NCBI GenBank assembly: GCA_964016885.1
Contig: OZ024746.1
Location: 19,654,001 to 19,718,000, forward strand
DNA from: Eledone cirrhosa
Lineage: Eukaryota
Direction of reading: 5' to 3'
DNA: 64,000 nucleotides
This document shows positions 13,350 through 27,515 of this stretch, one piece after another (position 1 is the stretch's first letter; each line of letters starts with the position of its first letter). Under the pieces are notes generated by a model. It saw nothing but the letters and a program-made list of their open reading frames with translations. It searched no databases and was not told where the DNA came from. The position numbers and the translations under genes were made by a program.

Positions 13350-14460
13350 TAAGAGCGGTGGATTGGCAATAATCGATAGAGAGTCGAACAACATGCTTTG
13401 TGACATAGAGTTGCGTCCCTTTACGTTCTAAGTTCAAATCCCGGCGAGGTTAACTTTGCCTTTCATACTTACAGGGTCGATAAAGTAAAGTACCAGCAAT
13501 GCACAGGGGTCGATCTAATCGACTTCTCTCCTCCCTAGTGCCTAAATCAGAAACCATTATTCTTGCTGCTGTGGCGCTGCTGTCGCTGCTGCTGCTGCCG
13601 TTGTTGCTGCTGTTGTTGTGTTGTCTCCAAGTTGAATTTACTCTAAAATACGAGAAAATATGAGAAACAAACAGGACAGAAAATGGTGGATTCCCACCTC
13701 TGTTTGGATGACATTTTGTTTGTTTACTAAAGTTTAATGTTTTCTTTTCATATTGTATTACATTGTTGTTGTTTTCTCTACCACCCCCTCCTCCGTTTAT
13801 TGCCTGTTTGTAACAATCTTCTGAATGAAATGTTTCATATTACATGTTTAAGCCTCAATGGACAATAAAGAAATAATAATTATTTCTAATATTGGCCCAA
13901 GGCCAGCAATTTTGGGAGAAGAGGAAAGTCGAAGAAACGTCCCCAGTACTTGACTGGTACTTTATATTTTATTCACCCCAGAAGGCTGAAAGGCAAAGCT
14001 GACTTCGGTGGAATTTGAACCCGGAAGGTAAAGAGCAGTAACCAAATACCACGACGCATTTTGTCCGGCGCTCCACCGATACTGCTAATCGACCGTCCTC
14101 AATAATAATTATGGTTTCTGATTTAAGCACAAGGCCAACAATTTGGGAGAGGGACAAGTCAATTAAATCGTACTTTATTTTATCGACCCCGTAAGGATGA
14201 AAAACAAAGCCAGCCTCAGTAGGATTTGAACTAAGAACATAAAGGGACGTAACTCTATGCTGTAAAGCATGTTGTCCGTAGTTCTACCAATACTGCCAAT
14301 AATAATTGTTTCTACTTTTGGCACAAGGCTAGCAATAACCCAGTACAATACTGGTACTTTATTTTATCGACCCCGTAAGGATGAAAGGCAAAGTTAACCT
14401 CGGCAGGATTCAAACTCAGACCGTAAAAGGCCGTGATAATAATTTAGGCATAGGGCTAGG
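13350..14460. mobile_element. Cluster of Deu/Nin-domain tRNA SINEs (one + copy at 13355-13560, several - copies at 13885-14460)
   Basis: Conserved core GCCTTTCATCCTTACGGGGTCGATAAAATAAAGTACCAG, B-box GTTCAAATCC, tails in (AAT)n. Confidence 0.8.
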
Positions 14461-14639
14461 AATTTGGGTGGAAAGATAAGTCAATTACATCGATCCCAAA
14501 GGCTCAAAGATAATTGAGATGACATAAGGACAAACTATATATACAGTGGGTGGGGGGTGGGGGTATATCGTGTAAAACTAAAATAAACAAAATCAATAGA
14601 TAACAAAAGATATCAACAATCAACGGTTAATGAAGGAAA

Positions 14640-15070
14640 ACTTGATTTACCCTCACCACCAAGAACAGATCCCTTCCTCCAGGTATTGTCCCGCAGCCAA
14701 CTGACGCATGCTCAGAGTAGGTACATTCATCTGGGTCATGTTCACGACTCTTACACACCTTTCAACAAATTTACTGGAGTGCTAGCGTTTCTCCCTCTCC
14801 GCCCTCACAATGGTAAATAAAGGAAAGCTTAATTCGATTTGACCATCAAGGGCAAGTCCCCCCCCCCCCCCCCTCTCAGGTATTGTCCCCCAGCCTACAG
14901 ACGCGTGCTCAGAGTAGATACATTCACCTGGGTCATGCTTGCATCGCTCACGCACCTTTTAAACAAATTTACTGAAGCAGCAGCACTTCGTTCTCTTCAC
15001 CGTCACCTTCCTTTCTAAGAGAAACTTGAAGAAGTTAATGGGGGCTTGATGTCTATCACACAACCACTTT
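14640..15070 (-). mobile_element. Two tandem degraded 3' ends of a Tx1-like LINE
   Basis: Minus strand VSDASMTQVNVSTLSTRL* resembles the C-terminus VNEAKMARVIGPSLFISL* of the Tx1 copy ending at 33048; the block CAGGTATTGTCCC...AAATTTACTG is duplicated. Confidence 0.6.
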
Positions 15071-15542
15071 CGCGATAGCTACACTAACACTACTGACAAT
15101 CAATTCGACGATGACAACAATAACAACAACATTTGTACACGTGTGCTTTATCAAACCGAGCGTATTTCTTTTGTTTATAAATATTGTTTTGGGTGGGGGG
15201 GGGGGAAGCCTTGATAAGAAATATTTCAAAGAAAAGAGAAATACTTTCAGTATTTGGTTGATTAACCCTGACCTCCCTGTCTATATATACGAAGGTGGGC
15301 TGAAAGGTTCATAGGCTGACTATGAAGGAGTAATGCTAAAGCTATGAAATCTTGCATGCATTAATTTCAATTTTTCTTAATAATAACTGCATTGTTTTTC
15401 TCCAGGGACAATGTTAAAAATAAACCGCATTTGGTCATTCCATGAGAGTATCTTGGTTAGCGTATGTACGTGTGTATGTATGTATGTATGTATGGATGGG
15501 TGGATGGATGGGTGAATATATGTATGAACGTATGTATGAATG

Positions 15543-15611
<69 letters not shown>

Positions 15612-16318
15612 GTGAATGGAGTTAGAGAGAGAGAGAGAAGGGGAAAGAGAAGGGGGGAAAACGTTAAGAAACAAATGTATATGTATATATGTATATGAAA
15701 TTTTGTATAAAACCAATTTAGATTAATTACTAACAAATGTTTGCTTCATTTTAGGATGTTTGTAAAATATTAAGAAAGAAAATTAAACACTTTCTATTCA
15801 ACGTATTTGCTGAAACACCTGTTTTTAATCTAATTTCAATTTCTAGACTAAATATACATTTTGGTGTTAGATGTTAGCTTTGTAAATTCTCATTAATAAA
15901 TAATTCTCACTCAATAAATATATCATTTGCTTTTCATCTTTTTTTTTTTTTTTTTGGTGTCGATAAATAAAGTCCACGGTTGTGGATTGGAAGAATCATT
16001 AGAGAATGGCTGCAAGTCTAATAACTAAAACCATGAAAATATAATAATGGTTTCTGATTTAGGCACAAGACCAACAATTTTGGGGGAGGGGAAAAATTCT
16101 ATTAAATCAACCCCATTGCGCTACTGGTACTTCATTTTATCGACCTCCGTAAGGATGAAAGGCAAAGTTAACCTCGGTGGAATTTCAATTGAGAACATAA
16201 AGGGCCGTGACTATATGCCACAAAGCCTGTTGGCCGACGCTCTACCGATTACTGCCAATCCACCACCCTCCGGTACGATATGATAGTAAAAACGTAAAGT
16301 AGTAAAGAAAACAATTAC

Positions 16319-16474
16319 CTATACTCATCGGCAACAAAAGACTGCCATCGTACCAAATCTAAAGAATCAATATATCTCAGTGTTTTGCAGCGAGGGAGTC
16401 ATGGCAAGATTATTAAGATTTACAACTCTAATCCATATCGATATATCGATAAAAAGGAAATAATCTTCTAGAAG
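16319..16474 (-). pseudogene. FANCC-like exon relic with frameshift
   Basis: Long pyrimidine tract plus AG; LLEDYFLFIDISIWIRVV aligns to FESWFLFIHFGGWAEMV; shifts frame to LRYIDSLDLVRWQSFVADEY; donor AG/GTAATT. Confidence 0.6.
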
Positions 16475-17309
16475 CTTGAAAATATAATAAAACAGCAAAA
16501 AAGAAAAAAGTATAACAGATGAAGATATTCTATTTAAGGCGTAGTCATTTAAAGAAAGAGAGAAAAAACTGTTGGTAAACACTGCTAGAATTTATGGAGT
16601 ATAAGAAGATATAAACAAACAGCTAATATTGATTCCAGTAAACTGCAAGGCCTAACAAAAGCTATTGATTTCTTTACTCAGGCAAATAAAGGTCTATTAA
16701 TATGGTTGACACATCTCGGTTGAAATGTTATCTTCACGTTCCGGCCTGGAATAAAACAAACAAAACACAAAACCCACTGTTGCTATCCTACATGGTTGAA
16801 CAACAATTAAATGAATGCTACGTGAGAATTAACAGATCTTACCGGAAAGATTATCATGCAAATTAACCCAAACACCAAACCCACCATGATGTGATATGAG
16901 TCTTTTATTATGATATTCTGATTATTTCTTCTATACTGATTTCTTTATTATAAGACTAAAAATAATACTTGGACACAGGCCATGTTTTTTGTTGTTGTTT
17001 TTTTTAATGATTATTTCTGAGAGTCGTAGACGCAGAGTCCTCAAGCAGGACCCGCTAGGAGGCCCTAGTGGGTCCTGTCAGAAGCAACTGTCTCCAATTG
17101 ATTCGGCTGGATCAGCAAGTGAGACCAGCCGAGCTCATGGATGTTATCCACCTATATTGCTGGGGGGGGGGGGGGGGGCTCTACCTCGGCGCCTCTCTCA
17201 CTTTCTGTATCAACCTAGATTATAAAAGTTTATGTGGTTCGTAGTTTGTCACTTTTCGACTCTGAACAGACACGTGCACGCAAATAGTAAACGGTTGTAG
17301 CAAACAAGT

Positions 17310-17760
17310 ATCATCATCATCATCATCATCATCATCATTATCATGCACCCCAACCCCATTCGGGGCCGTTGGGACACCAGTGCCGAACGCTGCTCCAACT
17401 GCCTCCATTTCTGTCGGCCATGGACGAGTGCTTGGGGTTGTGACAAAGTTCTTCCCCATCCACTCAGTTATGTTGTCAATCCACCGTTTCCCCTGTATTT
17501 CCCGCCTTCTCTTCCCCCGCACTGTTCCTTGGGGAATCGTCTTAGAGAGTAAATCCGATCTTGTCACATGTCCAAAACCACCCCCAAACTTCTCCTCCTC
17601 AACATGGTCGGCAGATCTTCAAAATGACTCACGTGCTGGTTGATTCTTTTGCGGACCTCCTCGTTCGCGACGTGTCCTGTGTCGGAGATTCCCACGATTC
17701 TTCAATAGCATCTCATCTCCAGTGTTGGGATCTTCCTTTGCAGTTCAACGGTCAACGTCC
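17310..17760 (-). mobile_element. RTE-clade LINE 3' fragment with (GAT)n tail
   Basis: SKTIPQGTVRGKRRREIQGKRWIDNITEW; same family as 3788-4021. Confidence 0.8.
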
Positions 17761-17779
17761 ATATATATATATATCTGAC

Positions 17780-17924
17780 TGATCAGCCAGTCTGCTAATA
17801 TGCAAATCAGGCCGATCAGTCACTGTATATTTTAGAAAATAGCATATATTTTCACTAGCTCTGACAGTTGGCAAGTGAACAGTGAGCTGTACTGATGACG
17901 GGTGATACCCAGAAACATTAGTGT
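17780..17924 (-). pseudogene. FANCC-like exon relic
   Basis: Acceptor aactgcag, phase 1; SENICYFLKYTVTD~LKHISELLREAVED; donor GTCAGA is tentative. Confidence 0.45.
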
Positions 17925-18055
17925 CTGCAGTTCTGTTTACATGCCAACACAAGAGCAAGAATGAAGTTGTTCATTATATTGACATGGCTTTAAAAATGAG
18001 GCTTGTTTGCATAATTGCAAACGAATCGAATGTTATTAATATTCGAAAAACTCAG

Positions 18056-18109
<54 letters not shown>

Positions 18110-18455
18110 GAGAGAGAGTAAATACCCATACGTTTCTATGTCCAAGCTTTGTCGATATGTTTTGATTGCAGCTCGTCAAAATCATTTATATTAATGGAGT
18201 ATTGAATTACATTAATAGCGTATTAAGAGTTATGATGACTAATAAATGTCTTCTTTATTTTTTACCACTTTATATTGAAAATAAAGTGTGAAAGATGGAT
18301 TATCGCCTGCCTAAAGTAAAGTATCCCTTGTATATCAGAAATGTTAAAAATAAAATAAAATAAAATTTTAAAACAGTGAAAAAAAAATTAATTAAAAAAT
18401 AATTCAAGATAAAACAGGTTTTTAATTATAGTTTAATTAAAGAAAACAAGATGAC

Positions 18456-18669
18456 TTAGGATTGGCTGGTGGCTTGCTGCGGCATGCTTCAGTGATTGTC
18501 GGCTGCGTTCAGCGATGGGCAACGAAAATAAATGATTAAGAACGCAGTAGAACTGTGGAAACAAACTTATAATAGGAAATAACGTGTTATGACGAAGGGT
18601 GAGAAGCAGTGAACTGGGATTGAGTAATCGTTCAGATAAGAGAGCTCTCGCGAGTGTTTGGTTGCATGC
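18456..18669 (-). pseudogene. FANCC-like exon relic
   Basis: Acceptor atatgcag, phase 0; open frame [11 protein letters not shown]...[24 protein letters not shown]; donor uncertain. Confidence 0.5.
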
Positions 18670-18699
18670 CTGCATATGTGTATATTAGATGCAGGTTTG

Positions 18700-18746
18700 T
18701 ACATACTCTCACACACACACACATATATACATACATATGTACGCGC

Positions 18747-18802
<56 letters not shown>

Positions 18803-18948
18803 AAACGCTTATATATGTATACACATATACACACACATATATATATATATGTATATGTGTGTATGTATATATGTGTGTGTATATGTATATATATATATAT
18901 GTGTGTGTGTGTGTATATGCGTAAATATATATGTGTGTATATGTACAT

Positions 18949-18997
<49 letters not shown>

Positions 18998-19066
18998 AAT
19001 ACATATACACACACAAATATATATACATACACACACACACATATATATATACACACGCACACTCAC

Positions 19067-19097
<31 letters not shown>

Positions 19098-19220
19098 TAT
19101 ATATATATATACACACACACACATATATATACACATACATATATATACACACACACACATATATATACACATACATACATACATACACACACACATACAT
19201 ACATACACACACACACACAC

Positions 19221-19262
<42 letters not shown>

Positions 19263-19423
19263 TATATACACACACATATATATACTCATATATATATACA
19301 CACATATATATATATACACATATATACACACACACATATATATATATACATATATATATGTGTGTGTATATATTATATACAGATATATATATATATACAC
19401 ACATATATATATACATATACATA

Positions 19424-19455
<32 letters not shown>

Positions 19456-19698
19456 CACATATATATATATACATATATATATATATACACATATATATAT
19501 ACATATACACATACATATATACATATACACATATATATATATATACATATATATATATATCCATATACACATATATATATGTACATATATATATATATAT
19601 ATACATATATATACATATATTGATATACACACACACACACACATATATATATATATGTATATATGTATATATATATATATATATATACATATATACAC

Positions 19699-19733
<35 letters not shown>

Positions 19734-20070
19734 CACAAATAGACATATACACATATATATATACACATATATACATATACACACATACAGATATATATAC
19801 ACACATACACATATATATACATATACATATATATATACATACACACACACACACGCATACACACACACACATACATATATATACATATACACACACACAT
19901 ATATATACATATACACACACGCATATGTATACATATATACACACACACACACACACATATATATATACATATACACACACACATATATATATATGCATGT
20001 GTGTGTGCGCGCGCGCGTGTTTGTGTCTGTGAGTGTCTGTGTGTGCTTGTGTGTGTGTGTACATGTGTGT
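18700..20070. repeat. Compound (TA)n/(CA)n/(TG)n microsatellite field
   Basis: Directly visible; source of the Y/I/H/T-rich ORFs. Confidence 0.97.
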
Positions 20071-20349
20071 GGCTGGACTAGTATGGAAGAAGAGTAGACC
20101 TGTTAGAAGAGAAGGAGGACAAAAGAGTAGTTTTAGAGCGGGGCAGGTGCAAGGAATAAAACAGCTAGGTTGGTGTGTTTTTGTTAGAAGGAAAGACGAT
20201 CATATATCACCAGTCATCAGTTTTAAGCCAGAGTGAGCTGAAGAAGAGATTTAAATAAAAATAGTTCTGATCCAACAACAACTAAACTCAGTGTCTCTCT
20301 AGCTTCATATCTGTCTACCTGTGTATTTTCCTCTCACTGATTATGTATA

Positions 20350-20672
20350 CAGGTATACCTGACACTGCGTCGTTAATTGGTTCCAGAAGTTACGACTTAA
20401 GTCGAAAAACAAAGAACGTTAAATTAACCCCCCTATAAACCACTAATGGGCATTACCTACATTACTTTATGCTGTGTATTTTAGCATTTATTTAAATGTG
20501 ATTTGATATGTTTTTATTAGTATTTTTTATGGTTTAATATTTTTGACAAACCGACGTTAAGTTGAGTTAATCTACATAACATGAGGTTTATTTTTGCCAT
20601 ACAATATTAAGAAAAATCACCATAACTTTGCATATGACGAAACTCGTTACAACGTAAGCCGAGGTATACCTG
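20350..20672. mobile_element. Tc1/mariner-pogo-type MITE
   Basis: Terminal inverted repeats CAGGTATACCT...AGGTATACCTG, flanked by TA on both sides. Confidence 0.7.
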
Positions 20673-21932
20673 TATATGTTTATTTGTCTGTGTAAATACA
20701 TGTGATGGCGGAAAGAAACTGCCTATTGAAAATTACTTATAACTTTTTTATCTACTGTGACCACTACAGACAACATCAATGACCACATTTTGCATGCACT
20801 GTCCTTGAGTAGGTTGATGTCCAATTTTCTGGACGTTGGCTGGATGGTCGAGGTCCACATGAATGACCAGCAAGAGCTGATAAACTCTTCAGAATCAACG
20901 ACCATCCACTCCCAAATATGGATTAAATAGCCTCACCAACTCGCAGTTGGCCAAGCGTGGTGTGTAAGGCTACACCCCCTGACATGACCAAAACCAAACA
21001 GAAAGTGGTGGGGGGGTCAACCAGGGAGGCGTTCTTCCAACAGGAATGAGACGGCCCTGGACTGGATTGGAACAACTTTGTTAAGTGCAATTGATTAGAA
21101 TAAATACACTAATTAATATAATATTGAATGTGTAGGACAACGAGAGGGAGGTCTTGACAGAAAAGGGAGAAAGCGAGAATACCCAAATGGATACAGCATC
21201 CCGCCTAAGAAGGAGCCCAGTGAGGCGGAATGTTGCAGAGGGTGTCGTCAGCCATTCTCCGTAGCAATGTCTTCGCCATTTTGTCGCAGGTCGTAGCTGA
21301 GAGATATCGCTCAGACTAGAGGTAGAATCTGTCACTCCCTCCCCCTCTTCTATTCCTTTCGTTGTTTAATTTCTCCTCATATTTCTGTAAATAAATACTT
21401 ATTTAAAAGTGTGAAACGTATAATATCGTTACAAAAATTGTGTATAGCAATATTACATGGCTGTATCTGCTGGCAGAAGATGGATAGCTTTGATCCAATT
21501 GTTGCCAAGTCAGATAGTAACTCTGTACGACACACATACAAATAGTCACTGGGGCGTTTCATTTCTGTGGGGAAAGACAATGCTCGAAGCATTATAAGAT
21601 ATTTCTAGTTAGATGTTGTATCTTATCCAGTTATTTATCATCCTTCATAAAACAATATTTATAGGAGGCAGAGGTACTCTTGTCTTTCCTAACATACATT
21701 CTTGTATGTAAAGAAAAGAAAGAGAGGAGGTAGATGGGGAGATAGATAGTCAGACAGTGTAGGAGGCAAATAGAGAGAGGTGGGGGACAGACAGAGAGAA
21801 ATGCCGTTTCATACATTGACATATATATGTAAATATATGTAATATTTGCTGCTATTTTCACGACACATAAATCTCTTCGTTACTCTAGAATGCAAACGAA
21901 CGGAGATCACTCTTCATTCCCTCCCATAATAC

Positions 21933-22127
21933 CAAACCTGCCAACCTCTAAAAACCCAAATGGGGAGTACCATGAAAAAAAGTGCCCCAAAACGGGGAGA
22001 AATGAGGCAAAATGGGGAGATTTTACATAATGAAAGTTCTACTCATTTTCACAAGAGAAGACATCTCTCACCCACCCCAAAGTGGGTGAGAGATCTCCTC
22101 GTCGGACGGGGAGAGTTGACAGGTCTG
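21933..22127. mobile_element. Non-autonomous DNA transposon (MITE)
   Basis: TIRs CAAACCTGCCAAC / GTTGACAGGTCTG; direct repeat TAATAC on both flanks; internal GGGGAG motifs. Confidence 0.65.
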
Positions 22128-22224
22128 TAATACGTAAGTAAAATCTTTGCATTTAAAACCAATTAAATATATTGCTGTATGTGAGTGAGAGTGTTTATCA
22201 GCAATAGTAATCTTTTCGTCTGAA

Positions 22225-22660
22225 GACTGCCACCCTACTCCTACTCTAATATGCCGTCAGCCTCGTGGACCCGACACACAGGGTGAAGACATTGCCCTGG
22301 AGGTTGATGGGGGAGACGCACTGGAACAGCCACCCCACACCTCAGGGTTCTTACTTGCGGGCAGCTAACATCGCTCCGATAGCAATGAGCAGAGAAGTGG
22401 CCAATAACACCCGAAGTCTCCACTGCCGGAGGTTCAACTAGAAACATATCAGAGAGCGGCCTATTGATCATCCGATGATTTGATCAGAGACACACACTGT
22501 ATTTAAGGTCAAGTGACGCAACTTTGAGTGATTAGCGGCCTTTAGACTCACCTGATCAATGAAACAATTGTTAATACTGTAAATAAAATCCTTTTTGTAC
22601 ATCCGACCATGTTATTCTTCACTCTTTCAATACTCCAAGAATAACCTACATGGGAATTCT
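22225..22660 (+). mobile_element. Possible LTR remnant
   Basis: GC-richer block with TATTTAA and AATAAA, ending ...CCTACA followed by TGG (PBS-like); no matching 5' TG or TSD found. Confidence 0.25.
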
Positions 22661-24653
22661 CGCAAACTCGCTACCTAACTAAGGAAACCTCTTGTTGAGT
22701 CAAAGAACGCCGTACGTTAAAGCTATCCATTGTACAGAGTACTCACAACCTCTAACTGGATTACCTAAAACGATAACTTGTTAACCCATATATAAATATT
22801 TTTTTTATGGTCAGGCTTCTGCCTGCTACTGATACCATGTAACCTAGTACAACCTGCCCCATGGTCGAGTGGTCGGTGATTAAACTGGCTCCCCCACTAG
22901 ACCAGGGTCTGTTAAGAACCCCAGCGACACAAAAAACAACAACTGTTAAAAAGAGAGTTCTTGCTCATATTAGGACTACTTGACAGGCTTATAATATCGC
23001 TAGAAATAGCAGCCTAAAGACCGTCCGGTACAGCTCGACAATTTTCGGAGCAGTTTAATTGATTAAAGGTTAATTAGTCTCCGCAGTAGATAAGTACTCT
23101 GGTAGAATTTGAAGTCACAGCGTTAAGTAACAGAACGATATGAAAGTTTAACTGAGATGATAATATACCCATATAAAGGCAAAGAACATATTAATGCTCA
23201 ATATAATTTTATAGTCCACAGCAAGATAAGTACTCTGGTAGGATTTGAACTCATAACGTTAAGTAACAGAACGAAATATCACATAGCGCTTTGTTCAACG
23301 CTCTTCCGACCTTTTTATTTACGTTCTTATAGCGAGATTTTAAAATAGTCATCGCGAGGATTGTTTCTCTACAACATACGATTTAGTATGTATATCCACA
23401 GCGACAAATAGTCTGCATTTATTTTACAAAGCTGTTTATATAAAAACAAAACACGCTATTACAGAGAACGGGGGGGGGGGGGCGAATCAGGCAACAAAAG
23501 AGAGGGGTGGAGTTTCAGCTGCACCCCGCGGATAAAATGGCAAAGACATTACTGCGGAGAATGGCCAGAGACACCCACTACAACACCCCCACCCCACCTC
23601 AAGGGACTCCTTCCTCAAGCGAGCTGCTGCCTTTTCGATTTGGTTCTCTACAAAACAAAAGTTAGTGTTTTCACCATTTCATTAAATTCTTTCACCATTC
23701 TTAGTGGGGGTTGTCATTTGTTGAAATGAGAAAAAGAAATATTTGAAACAAAAACATATACGAAAAATTTTGAGAGTTATACAATTAGATTAAAACAAAA
23801 GCTAAACCTGCAAACAAAGAACAATGTCTAGCATTTGATGTGAAATTCATCTGTTTCTTAGCTTGCAACTTTCGTTATCTCAGTTGTAAAACAATGAAAC
23901 CAAGCAATACATCAAACCGAACATATTTATCACTCGGTATTTATTTATCAGTCAAGACTTTCAAGACTTTCTTCCTATCATCTAACACTAATCTCTCGTC
24001 ACGTGTATTTCAACAACAACAATAACACTCACATATACACAAAACAGTTGTCTTAGCTTCTTGTTTTTTGAAGTCTTTATGTCGTATATTTAATTAATTC
24101 GACAATGTATTCACGTATATATTCTTTTATATTTAAACAATCATTTTTTTTATGACCGCATCCAAACGGCCACTCTTTTGACGACCATTTTCAATCATCT
24201 ATGAAGTTTACATTACTATATATTTTTACTGGTCCCAGTTATTTGATTGTGGCAATGTTGGGATACCACCTCATTATACTGAAAATAATATCTATTTTAT
24301 CAACTGGTACTTATTTTGTATTCTAGGTCGATAAAAAAAAGTACTTGTCTAGTACTGGGGTCGATTCTTCCTGTATATCTCTTTCTCACTTCCTTTCTCT
24401 CACTCTCTTTATCCTTCTTTGGAAGAAATCTGCTGGATTCAGGCCCGGACAGAAGATGGACTCTGTCAGATTTTTAAATATGACCTAAGAAACGCCGTAC
24501 GTCAATTTGGTGCCCCCGTGACTCCCTAAGGAGTTATGGGTTCATACTATACTTATTTGGAGAGGGGAGGAAAAAAAGTACTAAGCAGAATCTGAACTCA
24601 GAACGTAAAGTGATGTGACTGAATTCAAGGTACTTTTGTCCTATACTCTATCG

Positions 24654-24801
24654 CAGTCATAGGCAAACTGCGGTCCGTTTAGCTTTCTGAATGGTACACC
24701 TAATTTCAAAATTTCATTGAATTTTGTTAGTAGTGCGGCCCGACTTATGATGAGCTACATCCTATGCGGCCCACTGCTCGAAAAAAGGTTGCCCACGTCT
24801 G
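24654..24801. mobile_element. hAT-type MITE inserted into a SINE
   Basis: Ends CAGTCATAGGCAAAC / GTTGCCCACGTCTG; 8-bp TSD CTCTATCG / TTCTATCG; internal GCGGCCC motifs. Confidence 0.75.
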
Positions 24802-25667
24802 TTCTATCGGTTCTGCCGTCCACACGCCATGCTGTAAGTAACTGCTCTTATAAGCTGTGTATCTCATATCAAATAGCATAAAGATTTCATTCCATTTACA
24901 GACTGATAACGTTTATTTCATCCGTTTGTTCTCAAAAAGACACAGATCCCTACATTTTTAGTCCTATTAAAAACAAAATTCTGAAGGAAAAAAAAAAAAA
25001 AAAAAAAAAAAAAACGAAATTAAGTCTTTAAGATAAAATCATAAATCAGAGAGTAAAAAGAAGAAGAAAATTGTTTGTAGATAGGTGGTTAGTCATATAT
25101 TAAAGAATTTCCTTCAGGGCTTATAAAAGAATTTAGCATAGAGTAAAACATTCCAAACTTATCCTTTCGTTGCTCCACCCTGTGGATATGACACTAATAT
25201 ACCATCAAAACTTGTCCTTATCCCCATGTGAAACATTTCTCATGTTCCTTAAATAAAACTTGTTACACGCATTTTCTAAATGATTAGTTGCTCTAAGCGT
25301 GTGTTAAAAGTCAGTTAATATTCTAACTGCAAGGAGTTGCGCCCGGTAGATAGTATCAGCAATGGAAAGACCAATGGAAACATTGTTTCTTTGGTCCGAT
25401 TTGACGAGTTCTACCTCACTTGGTAAGCGAGTGAAGTATGGGACATTGTCGATCGACCTCTCTCTGTATAATTTATTAGTTCTGGAAACAGAATAAGGTT
25501 TTATCCTTTTTTTAAAATTTCAATATCTGTTCACAATGTGGTTAGTGTCGTAGAGCAAGTGAGAAGTAAGTTTACGGCAGTTCGAAACGGTGATAGCATA
25601 GTTTCGATTTCAGATTTAAATCATTTCATTACATTTCTCCCACTAATATAAAAAAATAATCATTATA

Positions 25668-25977
25668 CAGTGGAATTTCGGTTTACGAACGCCTCTCGTT
25701 ACAAACAATCGATTCATAAACAATTTTTCCGAACATAAAATGTCTCAGTTCATGAACCTTGTCTCGAGTAACGAATACGCAAGCCAGCGACAAGGAAAAC
25801 GTCATTTGCTCTGTAGTTAGTTACAATGGTGATATCTATCTGTCTTTCCCACACAGTCTCTCTTACTGTATTTCTCTCTCGGTATATCGTATGGGGAAAA
25901 TTATTTCAGTTTACGGACATTTCGAGTGATGAACGGCCTTCAAGAACGAATTAAGTTCGTGAACCGACGTTCCATTA
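25668..25977. mobile_element. Tigger/pogo-like MITE
   Basis: TIRs CAGTGGAATTTCGGTTTACGAAC / GTTCGTGAACCGACGTTCCATT; TA at the left end. Confidence 0.65.
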
Positions 25978-26434
25978 TTTTTTTAGAGAAGGGCCTCAGT
26001 TGGTGAAAGTCTGGCCCCCCGGATACAATAACCAAACACAGCTCTAAAAGACAGTCTCATCAAGGTTAGCCTGCATTGATTATTGATCATATGTTTCCCC
26101 CAATCAGCGATGACTAAACAACACCACCATCGATAAGGAGACGAGGAAATCTATATATGCAACATTCTATATAACAAACTAAGTAGATTAACCTTACAAA
26201 ATGAAATGTTTCTTTAATTATTACTGTAATTTCACTCCATACCGCTTGTCTTAACATGGAGGCCTACCTACTGAGGCTCTAAGCTTTATGTAATTTGAGG
26301 CCCTTCTATAAAAGAATTCGGGTAAAAAAATGTTAAAGGATAATTATTTTTTTATATTAATGTTAATGATAAAGAATATATACATTTATATATCTTCCGC
26401 CAAGCGTGAACCTAATATAACTATATATATATAT

Positions 26435-26498
26435 ATATGAAAAGATTCAGGACCCCGATGGCTGAGCTCAGTCGTCGGGGTCCTAAATCTTTTCATAT
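26435..26498. repeat. 64-bp loopless palindrome next to (TA)n
   Basis: ATATGAAAAGATTCAGGACCCCGATGGCTGAG|CTCAGTCGTCGGGGTCCTAAATCTTTTCATAT, 3 mismatches. Confidence 0.85.
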
Positions 26499-26720
26499 TA
26501 CCCACTCTACTACCCCAAATATCGAGTACTCTGGTGGGTTATGGTCCACCTGATATCTTACCACACCCTTTCTGATATATAATTTTGTATGATTTAGTGT
26601 TAAAGAATAAAAACTAATGATAAAATAAAAATATATTTTATAAAATGAGGGCCCCGAGGGTGTGCGGTCCTAAGCGATAACTTATTTAGCTTATAGGTAA
26701 GTCCAACACAGGAGGCCTAC

Positions 26721-27003
26721 TATTTTTTCCAGTCTGCATTCTTATATAAATGCACCAGTAATTTTATCACATGCATCTTCCTGTGATGTTCTATCTTTTG
26801 TTTCTATAGTATTTTACAAACTACTTTATATCTGCCATCTAACTGGTGACGTGTCATATAGATAACACACCAGCTTATACTTTGCCTTAATTCAAAGAAT
26901 TTTACTGCTAGAATTTTCCTTAAGACACTAGTCAGAAATTGCGTGTGTGTTAAATAAACTCCACGTTGTAGTTTTATTACTATAATGTAACTTAACACAA
27001 AGT
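26721..27003 (-). pseudogene. FANCC-like exon relic with frameshift and stops
   Basis: Acceptor tctctcgctcgcag; DFVLSY...RYKVVCKIL, then a shift to IETKDRTSQEDACDKITGAFI*ECRLEKI (same spacing as [21 protein letters not shown]); donor GTAGGC, phase 0, fits the next exon. Confidence 0.5.
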
Positions 27004-27079
27004 CTGCGAGCGAGAGATTGAGAATTTATTTGTTTGTTAGGACAAGGAAAATCACAGGCAAAAAAAATGAATAAAATAA

Positions 27080-27515
27080 TAAGGATTTCTGATTTAGGCA
27101 CAAGGCCAGCAATTGTGTGGGAGGGAGGAAAGTCGATTAAATCGACCCCAGTGCGTGATATTTTATCGACCCCATAAGAATGAAAGGCAAAGCTAACCTC
27201 GGGGGGTGGAATTACGTAAAGAGACATAACTCTATGCCAAAAAACATGTCCGATTCTCTACCGATACTGCCAATCCACCGCCCTTACAATAATTGTTTCT
27301 ACTTTAGGCACAAGGCCAGCAATTTGATGGGGGCGGGGGGGTCTATTAAATCGACTCCAGTGTATTACTGGTGCTTTATTTATCGACCCCGTAAGGATGT
27401 AAGACAAAGCTAACATCGGCAGGATTTGAATTCAGAACGTAAAGAGCCGTAACTATATGCCACAAAGTATGTTGTCCGACGCTCTACTGATACTACCAAT
27501 CTACCGCGCTAATAA
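27080..27515 (-). mobile_element. Two tandem Deu/Nin-domain SINEs
   Basis: Same core and tail as the 13350-14460 copies. Confidence 0.75.

Noticed and set aside
18456-18600. LFPQFYCVLNHLFSLPIAERSRQSLK resembles the hAT dimerization motif
   Set aside because: Spacing before AERS is too short and there is no other transposase sequence; its position fits the FANCC-like exon series better.
20723-20905. Minus-strand ORF MVVDSEEF... as another exon of the relic gene
   Set aside because: No convincing acceptor or motif match; adjoins a dispersed repeat also seen near 60050-60160.
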